From Macrostomum lignano (Eukaryota), in contig NIVC01000023.1 in assembly GCA_002269645.1 (NCBI GenBank), positions 1,240,001 through 1,304,000 of the forward strand: a stretch of DNA of 64,000 nucleotides. The letters are read 5' to 3'. A program made the position numbers and the translations under genes. This document shows positions 1 to 11,468 of the stretch, in pieces. Position 1 is the first letter of the stretch, and each line of letters starts with the position of its first letter. Below the pieces are notes generated by a model. The model did not search any database and was not told the DNA's origin. It saw nothing but the letters and a program-made list of their open reading frames with translations.

Positions 1-1059
1 CGAAAAAACGTTTACCGTTCTCTTCCATTTGGCGCCTGGTGCTCGCGGGCAGTCCTTCCTCGATCTCGATGCCATCTAACTGGACCAACTCAGCACTCAG
101 ATCGCCACAAGCAGTTAGTTGTTCTTCGAACTCCTCTAAATTGTCAAGTTGTTCGGTGTCATGAAGCTCATGAAGTCGTCGATAAGCTCCCGACATTCAT
201 CGCCGTTCGACGAAAGTCTCGTATTTACGTCTAACTCTACATCACTGACGCCACTAATCTCATCCGTCGGCAGAGCGTTGTAGTTAAGTAACGGCGGTAG
301 AAGTTTAGTAGATGTAGACATGTCTCGCTTTTAATTAATTTAGTTCTGCATACTCAAGTAGCATTTGCCCAAGCTTTATATCTCGCAGCAAACAGTTCTT
401 ACTGATGCTCGCTTAAATGACTGTTCTGTTCAAATTGTCTTTGGCCAAAGAGACTTCTTACGAGACTGCGTGTTATTGTCTTTCTTGACCATAGACTGCT
501 ACCCTATAGGGAAACGCTAGTCAATGCACTCATCTGCAGTCGGGGTGCATGATATTGGTATAACACGCGAGCGCCGGTAATACCATTAGCGAATGCCGAA
601 GTGACCCATCCAGGATATAGAGAATCTGTGATATGAACAGTGACAACGTTAACCATACATAGCGATATCATAGATCCGATGATATGGTTAATGATATGAT
701 GTACATATTTGGAATATGCTTAATTTTTAGTAGTTTTAGAATGACTACAGCTGCATACATGATACCTCGATCGTGCCAATCCCATGCTTTTGTCTTATTA
801 ATTCCACGTCAGCTTTATTTACCTTGAGTTTTAGAGCAACCCTTTACCCTATATCTGTGCTGTGTAAAAAAGTATTGAAAATTTAATATAAAAAGTCCAA
901 AGCATCGCTTACACGTTTAGTCTGTAAATGTGAGCTGCTATACAATCTAAGATCCACATTTTCTGTAATTTATATTTCATTTGAATTATCAATAGTTATA
1001 CGCTCATAAATCTTGTGATTCCTGGTATTTAGAGACATCCAGAAATCGTCAATTTAGAG

Positions 1060-1290
1060 AATCTGTAAAAATTGCAGTCTGCAGACTTTTGCTACATCTG
1101 CGGGGTCAGAGTGGATCAGAAGCGAAAATCGTAGGGTAGAGATGCTGGCATTTTATTTGATTTTTAACTTTTGATTGATGATTCATGCTGCTGGCATGCT
1201 GGATTTCAATCAATTTTCGATCTGGGATGCCGAATGGCTCTGCGATTCTGGCACTTAATAAATCAAGTTGCACCGTTGCTGGTGTACTCG
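1060..1290 (+). mobile_element. Possible degenerate N-terminal fragment of a Chapaev-like (CMC) DNA transposase
   Basis: Stop-interrupted translation CKNCS..DFCYICG...IDDSCCWHAG...C..LRFW resembles, from memory, the FCYICG/GDQDKSWAPH N-terminus of Chapaev-type transposases. Not searched. Confidence 0.25.
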
Positions 1291-1399
1291 CTTGCAGGGG
1301 CGTCGCCATGGATTTTATGGTGGGGGACAAAGCCAAGAATTCAACATGTACATGACTGAAATGACTAAATTCCTACATGTCCTTTGTTTTGAGAATCGG

Positions 1400-2285
1400 T
1401 GTTGTCAGCGCTCATTTTAGCGCCGCAGGCACTCATTTTAGCGCCGCAAGCACTCATTTTAGCGCCGCAAGCACTCATTTCAGCGCCACAGGCACTCATT
1501 TTAGCGCCGCAGGCACTCATTTTAGCGCCGCAAGCACTCATTTTAGCGCCGCAAGCACTCATTTTAGCGCCGCAGGCACTCATTTCAGCGCCACAGGCAC
1601 TCATTTTAGCGCCGCAAGCACTCATTTCAGCGCCGCAGGCACTCATTTCAGCGCCGCAGGCACTCATTTTAGCGCCGCAAGCACTCATTTTAGCGCCGCA
1701 GGCACTCATTTTAGCGCCGCAAGCACTCATTTTAGCGCCGCAGGCACTCATTTTAGCGCCGCAGGCACTGATTTTAGCGCCGCAGGCACTCATTTTAGCG
1801 CCGCAAGCACTCATTTTAGCGCCGCAAGCACTCATTTTAGCGCCGCAAGCACTCCTTTTAGCACCACAGGCACTCATTTTAGCGCCGCAGGCACTCATTT
1901 TGGCGCCGCAGGCACTCATTTTAGCGCCGCAGGCACTCATTTTAGCGCCGCAAGCACTCATTTTAGCGCCGCAAGCACTCATTTTAGCACCACAGGCACT
2001 CATTTTAGCGCCGCAGGCACTCATTTTGGCGCCACAGGCACTCATTTTAGCGCCGCAGGCACTCATTTTAGCGCCGCAGGCACTCATTTTAGAGCCGCAG
2101 GCACTCATTTTAGCGCCGCAAGCACTCATTTTAGCGCCGCAGGCACTCATTTTAGCACCACAGGCACTCATTTTTAGCGCCGCAGGCACTCATTTTGGCG
2201 CCACAGGCACTCATTTTAGCGCCGCAGGCACTCATTTTAGCGCCGCAGGCACTCATTTTGGCGCAAAAGGCACTCATTTTGGAGC
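1400..2285. repeat. Minisatellite, 21-bp unit (cattttagcgccgcaggcact), about 42 copies
   Basis: Direct tandem periodicity; explains the 7-aa-repeat ORFs at 1365-2292. Confidence 0.97.
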
Positions 2286-2287
2286 CA

Positions 2288-4070
2288 CTTGACTTACTTG
2301 ACTTAGCTGCAGGGGGCGTCCGGCGGATGCAGCGAGGAGGCGGAGGGGACCGCCCATTCCGCTAGCCCCTGGCGACCAATGACTTCCGTCGAAGTGATGT
2401 CGCTCCGGGGGATCCGTCGGTCTCGCCTGCAGCGCGGTCCTCCTCACCGGCGGTGGGGAAGAAATCAGCTCGTCCCGTGTCCCTGAGGTACCGGGCGAGC
2501 GGCGGGATGCTCTCGGAAAGAACCGGGTTTGGCCCGAGGTGAGTGAGCCTGGCCCTGGTGAAAACCGGGCAGTGGCAGATAAAGTGCTCGGCGTTTTCAC
2601 TGCCTGAGCGGCAGAAGGGGCACCGCTCCTCGGGTACTTGGCCCTGAAGGAAGCGGTGGCGAGAGAAGCAGCCATGCCCGGAGAGGGCCATGCTAACTGC
2701 TCTGAGGTCTCTGCGGTTGAGCCTGAGGAGGGCTCTGCGCAGGAGAGGAGAGGGGAAGGGGGACGGCAGCACGGGATTGCCTGCAATTCCAGGTGTCATG
2801 CCACCTGCGGAGATGCTCGGAGTCAGTCCAGCGCTTAACACGGGAACTGATCACCGAGGCGGGGATGGGGGCTCCCGGGCCCGGCCCCAGCAGCGCGCGG
2901 CAGAGCCAGCCTTAGCCAGCATGTCGGCTCGCTCGTTGCCGAGGAAACCGGTGTGGCCCGGGATCCATCTGAGCTCAAACTGGTTGCCTAGCGCAAGCCC
3001 GTTGAGCTGGGTGTTGCAGTCCAGGACGGCAGGAGGCTGCGGCAGAGGGCTCGAAGGGCTGCTTGGCTGTCAGAGTGAAAAATAAATTTCCGACCTATAG
3101 GCTGCCTTCGGCGCAGCTCTGCCGCGCAGGAGCTGATGGCAAGCACCTCGCTCTGAAAAACACTGGAGTTGAGCCCAGTGTGCTGTGAGTAGCTCCACAC
3201 CACTTCTCACTTGAAGAAGACGCAAGCTCCGAAGCCTGAAAGACCTACTCGTCTCCAAGACCACAAAGTCTGAAGCGTCTGCGCTTCGTCATAGAGCCGT
3301 CACTGTAACAGTGGACTTTAGAATCGCTCCAGCTGTCACTCGCCAGGAGAAGGGTGGCTGGGATCGAGTCCGTGAGGATACTGAGCCCGCCACACTCCTC
3401 GAGAGCCTTGAGGCAGAGGTCAGAGTGCGGGATAAGTGTAGTGCATGCGCCCTTGTCGGTTGGCAGGGCGCGTTGCACTTTGGGGCTGGCTAGGGGGGTG
3501 GGGTTGGCGGGCGTGGCAGGGTCTGGACGGCGGCCGGGCTTTGCGCGTGCCCCTCCCCAGCCGTGCCCCTGCCCCGTGCTCAGGGCTGGTTGGCTGCGGC
3601 CGGGCCAGCTTTGGCGCAGGTGCGGCCCCTCCCCCCTAGGCGGGGTTTTGATTGGCCGGCCGGCGCGGCCAGTCTATTTTTTTGGGTAGTTTGTTTGTTT
3701 TGTTGGGCTTAGCCGGTTGGGCTTAGCCGGTCTGCCCCAGGGTTTGGGTGCTATTTATGGTGCGACTCTGGGTTTGCCCACGCCCTGCGTGCGTTTTGTG
3801 TTTTGGTGTTCTCCGAGATAGCAAGCGCGAGACTTGTCTTGAGTAAGAAACAGCGACATTAGCTACCTACGATAAGCCTAGAGAGCCGAGAGCCCGATTG
3901 AGAAGTCAGTCTTTGAAACTCTTTGAGAATTGCTAAGAAATTAGAAGCCGCGCTTGAGACCTACGAGCCAATCAACAAACGTGCGAACCTGCGCTTGAGA
4001 CCTACGAGCAATAAACGTACGAACGGCAATTTGGCCACTGGTAAGCCGCCTGCTGCTTGAGTTCATTCTT
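2288..4070 (-). mobile_element. Non-LTR retrotransposon remnant (R1/LOA/I-like) with RNase H and C-terminal Cys/His knuckle, no RT
   Basis: Frameshifted minus-strand translation: CYSDGS...SVFQSEVLAI...FHSDSQAALRAL...LRWIPGHTGFLGNERADMLAK (RNase H catalytic residues), then CPFCRSGSENAEHFICHC. 3' tail (taagtcaag)x2 at about 2288-2305. Assigning 3490-4070 to the element is inference. Confidence 0.8.
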
Positions 4071-4189
4071 TAGGGAGTAGGGAATAGGGAGAACTGTTCG
4101 TCAATCTGTCTTGTTGCTTTTGCCAATCTCAGCTTAGTTATTATTGAAAGGGTGCAATTGTAAGTTTCCAGGGGGGTATTGCGCGCGAA

Positions 4190-4430
4190 TTAAGGCGATC
4201 GACAGCCGACCCGCAGCTAAAGAAGAGGCAAGCAGTCCCTGCCCATTTTGCTGACCCTGACAACACACGCTCACGCAGGGTGTACAGCGGTCCGGACTTT
4301 CTACACTCCACACTGTGTGTGTGTGTGAACTGGTAGTCGGCCAACTTGCAAATCAACTCCGATTGCAGAGGCATACTCACAAATTTTAATTGAAGGGGCC
4401 GCGACTCTGACGGGCGCCAATATCTGGTGC
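4190..4430 (-). mobile_element. Diverged SINE-family-1-related fragment
   Basis: Shares ctgcccatt and cacacgctcacgcagggtgtacagcgg blocks with the copies at 27574 and 63020. Confidence 0.4.
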
Positions 4431-4436
4431 AGTGGT

Positions 4437-4690
4437 TGGCGCCCCTGTCTCTTGGTGGGCGCCCCTGTCTCTTGGTGAGCGCCCCTGTCTCTTGGTGAGG
4501 GCCCTTTTCTCTGGGTGGGTGCCCCTGTCTCTTGGTGGGCGCCCCTGTCTCTTGGTGGGCACCCCTGTCTCTTGGTGGGCACCCCTGTCTCTTGGTGGGC
4601 GCCCCTGTCTCTTGGTGGGCACCCCTGTCTCTTGGTGGGCACCCCTGTCTCTTGGTGGGCACCCCTGTCTCTTGGTGGGCACCCCTACCC
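4437..4690. repeat. Minisatellite, 20-bp unit (gcgcccctgtctcttggtgg), about 12 copies
   Basis: Tandem periodicity. Confidence 0.95.
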
Positions 4691-5679
4691 CTGTCTCCTA
4701 GTCCGGTGGATGCCAGGTCCAGAGGTGGCAAAAGTTGAGCTGCTGTCAATAGTCGAGCTGATTAAAATGCATACTATCTATAGCTTGGTACTTCGCATTT
4801 TCAAGTCTGCAGATCCAAAATGTTTTTGAATCACAAAGCCAATTCAAGCGTAGTATCCTGGATCACAAATAAAAGATATGACAGTCTGACAAAGAAAACA
4901 AAGGCAAATAATTGTTTTTTAAAATAAACCCGACGAATAGGAAACTTGCGGAACCAGTGACGTCATGTTGTAATTGTTATTTTATCGAAAAAATAACCAA
5001 CCGCTTGCTACGATAGGAGATAAGAGAGGCAGACCAATCAGTATAAAGGCGAAAAAATGCGTTAAAATAAACATTAGAAAAATATTTTATATGGCTAATT
5101 ACGGTAGATGCTACATGCTAGTACATGGTGATAAAATAATTAGAAACATTAAATACAGAATGGGGAAATTTGCATGATTTCAAATTAGACTTGAAAAATG
5201 GGTGTCAAAAAGTAGTGATAACACTTTTGCCCATAGATGTTTAAAGTCTGTCAGAAATTTATCTTTTATAATTTTACAAAAGTACCCGTATTTGTTCTGT
5301 AGTCTATGGTTAAAGCTTCCCTCGTACTTTAAATTTGAATTATTCGATTTTATATATCTGAATTTCTATATTTTGGGTCGATTTCGATTATAACTCGTTT
5401 ATTAGCTGAAGGGTTTCTTAGTAAGCACGAAATGCAGTAAATGATGCAATATTTATTAAAAATATTATTATTTTTTATTTATAAAAAAGCAGACAATGTG
5501 ACAGTTACGATGTCATTGCGAATTAATAAACACATGTGTAAATTGCAATATGAAATCAAAACCGGTCAATCCCGATGACCCACTGCAGACAAACCTGGAA
5601 AGAAAAGGTATAAAGGAAATAGACTTAATATTATTCATATTAATATTATCCAATCGGAATTCAAATTTAAGCGACATTG

Positions 5680-6380
5680 TCACACAACCGGCGAGAGGCA
5701 TTGCTGCCCATTACGCCGACTCCCCTGAGCAGGCACACAAGCGCGCGGATACGTACGCAGTCATAAATAATAACAATAATAATATTAGTAATAGTAATAC
5801 TAATAGTAATAATAATTGTTTACACCTGCCCCAATTGGGCCAGATGTGCAACCGACAGCTCAGCCGCAGCTATTGCGCGGTGCATTTGAAGGCTGCGTAC
5901 GGCTGTTCAGTCCAAGGACTGGGGGGTCGCCACACACAGCCTCAATTACCCCAGCTAATGCTGGCACCCATTTTACAGCTGGGTGAACTGAAGCAATGCA
6001 GAGTTATAAGTGTCTTGATCAAGGACACGAATTGTTCCAGTAGGATCAAGAATCGAACCCCCGACCTTCAAGTCGCGAGCCCGACGCTCTGACCACAAGG
6101 CTACAACCCCTGTAGGAGGGGAGGGAGGGGAGAGATGAGGTCAGTGAACAATAATGTACCTTTAGGCAGTCATACGCACAGGCACACATTCACACAGGAG
6201 TGTACAGCAGCCCCCTAGCTTTATTTATCGTCATGCATGTACACTTCACTGTGCCTTGGGGGGTTGGCCCTATAGCTGGGCGTTAATTGCACGAGCAGAG
6301 CCAAGCCGAGATTCCAATTTAGCCCCAAATTAATGTGACTGCACTTGGAATCGAGCCTGGGTCTGGATCCCACTGGAACG
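5680..6380 (-). mobile_element. tRNA-derived SINE family 1 copy, split by a nested insertion at 5766-6165
   Basis: 5680-5765 and 6166-6380 match the full copy at 27574-27950. gcagtcata is duplicated at 5757-5765 and 6166-6174. The junction is uninterrupted in the copy at about 48380. Confidence 0.8.
5766..6110 (-). mobile_element. tRNA-derived SINE family 2 with CORE-like central domain
   Basis: Minus strand: A box (tagccttgtggtcagagc), B box (ggttcgattc), CORE-like gtgtccttgatcaagacact...cagttcacccagctgtaaaatggg, and a (TTA)n-like tail. Second copy at 37715-38040. Confidence 0.8.
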
Positions 6381-6447
6381 ATTTCATAATAAGCAATTCT
6401 TACCCTAACCATAATTAGCAAGCAAGCAGCTTCCAAACAGCCATCCT

Positions 6448-9400
6448 CTAGCGACAATCAACCGGGCAGGCTTCAGCGGCGCCATTTTCAGCTACGGCGC
6501 CATTCCTAGCGCCGGCAGTTATCGCAACCGAGGCCAGACGGTCCAACACCTGACCATAGTCGCTAACCAGCTGGTCGAATGCCTCGGCCAGGTGTCCGAT
6601 TCTCTGCTGCCGGCTGAGGTCGCCCAGCACGGCCTGCAACTCGTCCGACTCCAGAGCGGCAGCCGCCTTGGCCAGCTCGCGGCCGGACTTGCGGAACGGC
6701 TGGTTGAGCCGCGACTTCACCGTCAGGCGGTAGTTGCGCCAGGCTGACGGGTCGGACCTGGGGGGGGGGATGGGGTCAGTAAACTATAATGAACCTTTAG
6801 GCAGGCGCCGCACAGATAAGAGATTTAAGCGCCAATCAAGCCGCCTAGACTAAATTCTAGCGCCAATCAAGCGTCCTAGACTAGATGTTAGCGCCAATCA
6901 AGCGGCCTAGACTAGATGTTAGCGCCAATCAAGCGGCCTAGACTAGATGTTAGCGCCAATCAAGCGTCCTAGGCTAGACGTTAGCGCCAATCAAGCGTCC
7001 TAGGCTAGATGTTAGCGCCAATCAAGCGGCCTAGACAAGATGTTAGCGCCAATCAAGCGCCCTAGACAAGATGTTAGGGTCAATCAAGCGGCCTAGACTA
7101 GATGTTAGCGCCAATCAAGAGGCCTAGACAAGATGTTAGCGCCAATCAAGCGTCCTAGGCTAGATTTTAGCGCCAATCAAGCGGCCTAGACTAGATGTTA
7201 GCGCCAATCAAGCGTCCTAGGCTAGATGTTAGCGCCAATCAAGCGGCCTAGACAAGATGTTAGCGCCAATCAAGCGGCCTAGGCTAGATGTTAGCGCCAA
7301 TCAAGGGTCCTAGACTAGATGCTAGCGTCAATCAAGCGGCCTAGACTAGATGTTAGCGCCAATCAAGCGGCCTAGACTAGATGTTAGCGCCAATCAAGCG
7401 CCCCTAGACTAGATGTTAGCGCTAATCAAGCGGCCTAGACTAGATGTTAGCGCCAATCAAGCGGCCTAGACTAGATGTTAGCGCCAATCAAGCGCCCCTA
7501 GACTAGATGTTAGCGCTAATCAAGCGGCCTAGGCTAGATGTTAGCGCCAATCAAGCGGCCTAGGCTAGATGTTAGCGCCAATCAAGCGGCCTAGACTAGA
7601 CGTTAGGGCCAATCAAGCGGCCTAGACTAGATGTTAGGGCCAATCAAGCGTCCTAGACTAGATGTTAGCGCCAATCAAGCGGCCTAGACTAGATGTTAGC
7701 GCCAATCAAGCGCCCCTAGACTAGATGTTAGCGCCAATCAAGCGTCCTAGGCTAGACGTTAGCGCCAATCAAGCGTCCTAGGCTAGATGTTAGCGCCAAT
7801 CAAGCGCCCCTAGACTAGATGTTAGCGCTAATCAAGCGGCCTAGACTAGATGTTAGCGCCAATCAAGCGCCCCTAGACTAGATGTTAGGGCCAATCAAGC
7901 GGCCTAGGCTAGATGTTAGGGCCAATCAAGCGTCCTAGACTAGATGTTAGCGCCAATCAAGCGGCCTAGACTAGATGTTAGCGCTAATCAAGCGGCCTAG
8001 ACTAGATGTTAGCGCCAATCAAGCGCCCCTAGACTAGATGTTAGCGCTAATCAAGCGGCCTAGACTAGATGTTAGCGCTAATTAAGTGCTACAAGAGACA
8101 TTCCTTTCTAAGATCTTTGACCACCTTGACCTCCCCTCAAGAGTAGGCATCTGACCCCACTGCTACCCTTCATGTTACGTTGCTCCTGATTCTGAAGTGC
8201 ATGTGCACTTTTAAGAAGTTACAAAAAGGTCTTAAATGTACCGTGAAGTGAAAGCTTTAAAATGTGTTTTTAATTAATCAATACATAAACACATCTTTTT
8301 TATTTCTAATACTTGTCAATTGTTTGCTAATTTAAAGAAAATTATAGAAAATATCCTCTTTATCTACTGTAAGTAGAAGAAAAAACACAAACCGATTGGT
8401 GCAGCGAAGCCACAAAATTTCGTAGCAACGCCTGGCTTGACGTTTATTCAGACGAAGCCGCTCCCTAGCAACCGTTGCCATAGTCTCGGTGAATCCGTTA
8501 GCTAGCGCAACTGGATTAGCGAATAATTCCGGCGCCTCGAATAGCAGGCGGCGACAGTCGACAAAGTCGCGCAATCGTTGAAACGTGTCAACCGGATCCT
8601 CAACGGTGATGTCCAGGACGGCTGGGTCGGCCAGAGACTCGGAGTAAAATGCCTCCAGCAGGCGGCAGCCGTGGCCGCGGCGCTGGTAGGGCGGCAAGAC
8701 GATGAACTGGCTGATGCGGGGTCGCACCCGGTCGGGGTAGGCGTAGTACCTGCATGGGTGAGGACAAAAGTTATTCGCGAAGAGAAGATAGGTAACAAGA
8801 TCAGGACAGTTGACAAAATCAGGACAGGTGACAACATAAGGACAGGACAGACAACATAAGGACAGGACAGGTGACAACATAAGGACAGGACAGGTGACAA
8901 CATAAGGACAGGACAGGTGACAACATAAGGACAGGACAGGTGACAACATAAGGACAGGACAGGTGACAACATAAGGACAGGACAGGTGACAAGATCAGGA
9001 CAGGTGAAAACATCAAGACAGGTGACAACATCAGGACAGGACAGTCAGCCAAGATTTCTACCTGTAGGCGGTCATGTAACCCGCCACGGCGTGTCGCCAT
9101 TCGCCGCTATCATCCTTGAACTTCTCGTACAGCACCAAGAAGCTCCAGCGGTCATCGTCTGCGTCAATAAAGCTGGCAGCATCGACGAAAAATATTAGAA
9201 AGATTTGTAGGCGACTGTGAAATTCGCGAAATCCTGGCGTGTCCATGGTTGGTTGGTAGATTTCAAAGTGACGGCCGTCTACAATATAAAAAATTTAACG
9301 AATAAAATGCAATTGAAACTACTAACAGTAGAATACCTTACAAGAGAAGTGAACACGCGCTCACCATCCTCAGTAGTATAGGCTTGCTTCAATACTCCAA

Positions 9401-11468
9401 ACGGTTTAAATTCGTTATCGCTAGAAACTCGACTAGCAAACTGATCAATGTTGGTTAGATAGCCAGGGGGAATCAGGTCCTTAGTGAGGGCGGCCATTAT
9501 GTCGTCTGCCTGGTTGTTTGTGTACATTGGTTTTGGGTTAGTCCTTGGGTTAATTAGTTAAAGTACAAATCAATACTTCGTATGGAAGTCCCATTTAGGA
9601 TTTGCCTACTAGGAATTCCCTATTTAGGATTCCCCTACTTGAGATTCCACATTTAGGATTCCCCTACTTGAGATTCCACATTTAGGATTCCTACTTGAGA
9701 TTCTCTATTTAGTATTCCCCTACCTGAGATTCCCCATTCAGGATTCCCCTACTTGAGATTCCCCATTTAGGATTCCCCTACTTGAGATTGCCCATTCAGG
9801 ATTCCCCTGCTTGAGATTCCCCATTCAGGATTCCCTTACTTGAGATTCCCAATTTAGGATTCCCCTCCCCTACTTGAGATTCCCCATTTAGGATTCCCCT
9901 ACTTGAGATTCCCCATCTAGGATTCCTCCTTTTATGGCTCTTTGAAATTGCCAATAAAAATAACCTGATAGGATAAGTACAAAGAAGAATTTGAAGTCAA
10001 ACCTCAACACCGCCGCTAATAGCCTTATTAATCTTTTCGGCATATTCCACGGCCAAGTAAATTGTCAGACTGCAGGCTGCAAAGTAGATCTTGATGCTTA
10101 AATTTTTGTAGCCAAAAATTGTCTCGCTAAAATGAGAAGTTAATAATAATGGGCTTATTTTCTGATTGACACATTAGGAATAGATTAGGAATAGAAGCTA
10201 GCTAGTATGTGAAGCTTCTAGCATGTTCTAGTTGGTGAATCTTCTATTTTAGTTTGTGAATCATTAAGTTGGTGAATCTTGTATTGTAGTTTGTGAATCT
10301 TCAAGTTTGTGAATCTTCTGTTTTAGTTTGTGAATCTTCTGTTGTATTTTGAGAATCCTCGATTGTAGTTTGTGAATGTTTTAATTGTAGTTTGTGAATG
10401 TTCTATTACTTTAGTTTGCGGATTTTCTGCTTGTGAATCTTCTGCTTTGTGAGGCTTCTGGCTTGTGAATATTTTAGTTAGTGAAGTTTCTAGCTTGGTA
10501 AAGCGGCACCATATAGTATAGTCTCCTCTCACCTGTCGCCAAATACCTGGTGGCACATGTCTGGGTGAAAATCGATCTCCGGATTAGTCAAATCCTTGGT
10601 CGAGCGGACTGAAACGAAAGAAAATAAAAAATAATGAAACGAAACACTCACGCTCTGAGATGGATTTAATTTCTGCTTGTTGCTAATTTGTTTGAAACGC
10701 GAGTCAGGCATTAGTAATATGCATAATAGTAATATTATATCTACGAGTATATGCATGCATACTATAATCTATAGAGCTAAACAGGAGTCATGGATTTCTA
10801 AAATAACTATTATTCATCAATACTGAGCATTCTGGACAAATTATCATTTCGGTCTAGATAAAAGCGTTTTACAGACAATGGAATCTAACTGACCAATCAG
10901 AGAATGGATTCCCACTGACCAATCAGAGAATGGATTCCTACTGGCCAATCAGAGAATGGATTCCCACTGACCAATCAGAGAATGGATTCCCACTGACCAA
11001 TCAGCGAATGGATTCCCACTGACCAATCAGCGAATGGATTCCTACTGGCCAATCAGAGAATGGATTCCTACTGGCCAATCAGAGAATGGATTCCCACTAA
11101 CCAATCAGAGAATGGATTCCCACTAACCAATCAGAGAATGGATTCCTACTGACCAATCAGAGAATGGATTCCTACTGGCCAATCAGAGAATGGATTCCTA
11201 CTGGCCAATCAGAGAATGGTTTCCTACTGACCAATCAGAGAATGGATTCCTACTGGCCAATCAGAGAATGAATTCTAACTGACTAATCAGAAAATAGATG
11301 GTAATAAACAATTCACTCAAGCTGCACTGGAGACTGTCAGATGTTAATACAGAAAATAAACACGTTCAATCATTAAAACCTTTACTAATGACACTCACCT
11401 AACTTAAAGCAGACAGCCTTGTTTCCGTCAGCTTTGTATTGATCAACTTGAACTTCAAACTGCGTCAT
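6448..11468 (-). CDS. HAT1: Histone acetyltransferase type B catalytic subunit, 7 exons, 432 aa
   Basis: Exons 11468-11399, 10608-10533, 10126-10003, 9509-9365, 9278-9062, 8749-8393 and 6757-6448; all introns GT-AG, phases consistent, total 1299 nt. Motifs FHPDMCHQVFGD, ETIFGYKNL, ASFIDADDDRW, YYAYPDRVRPRISQ, PPYQRRGHG (GNAT acetyl-CoA motif), DITVEDP, ARRCYEIL and YRLTVKSRL parallel human HAT1. Confidence 0.95.
6826..8085. repeat. Minisatellite in HAT1 intron 6, 31-bp unit (tagcgccaatcaagcggcctagactagatgt), about 40 copies
   Basis: Tandem periodicity of 31 (6901 vs 6932). Confidence 0.97.
8795..9045. repeat. Minisatellite in HAT1 intron 5, 23-bp unit (aaggacaggacaggtgacaacat)
   Basis: Tandem periodicity; fills most of the 312-bp intron. 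Confidence 0.95.
9590..9930. repeat. Minisatellite in HAT1 intron 3, about 29-bp unit (gagattccccatttaggattcccctactt)
   Basis: Tandem periodicity; the unit is a dimer of ~14-15-bp gattcccc subunits. Confidence 0.93.
10225..10450. repeat. Diverged ~22-bp tandem repeat in HAT1 intron 2 (tagtttgtgaatcttct core)
   Basis: Recurrent gtttgtgaat at roughly 22-bp spacing. Confidence 0.75.
10891..11290. repeat. Minisatellite in HAT1 intron 1, 26-bp unit (gaccaatcagagaatggattcccact), about 15 copies
   Basis: Tandem periodicity of 26 (10891 vs 10917); each unit has an RRCCAATCAG box. Confidence 0.96.

Noticed and set aside
1-321. Minus-strand ORF 136-321 with a frameshifted continuation (LDNLEEFEEQLTACG...)
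   Set aside because: No recognisable homology or splice context; possibly a TE fragment cut by the window edge.
1365-2292. Long ORFs with 7-aa repeats (KMSACGA, THFSAAG, ALILAPQ)
   Set aside because: Produced by a 21-bp minisatellite that is open in several frames on both strands; no splice or codon evidence.
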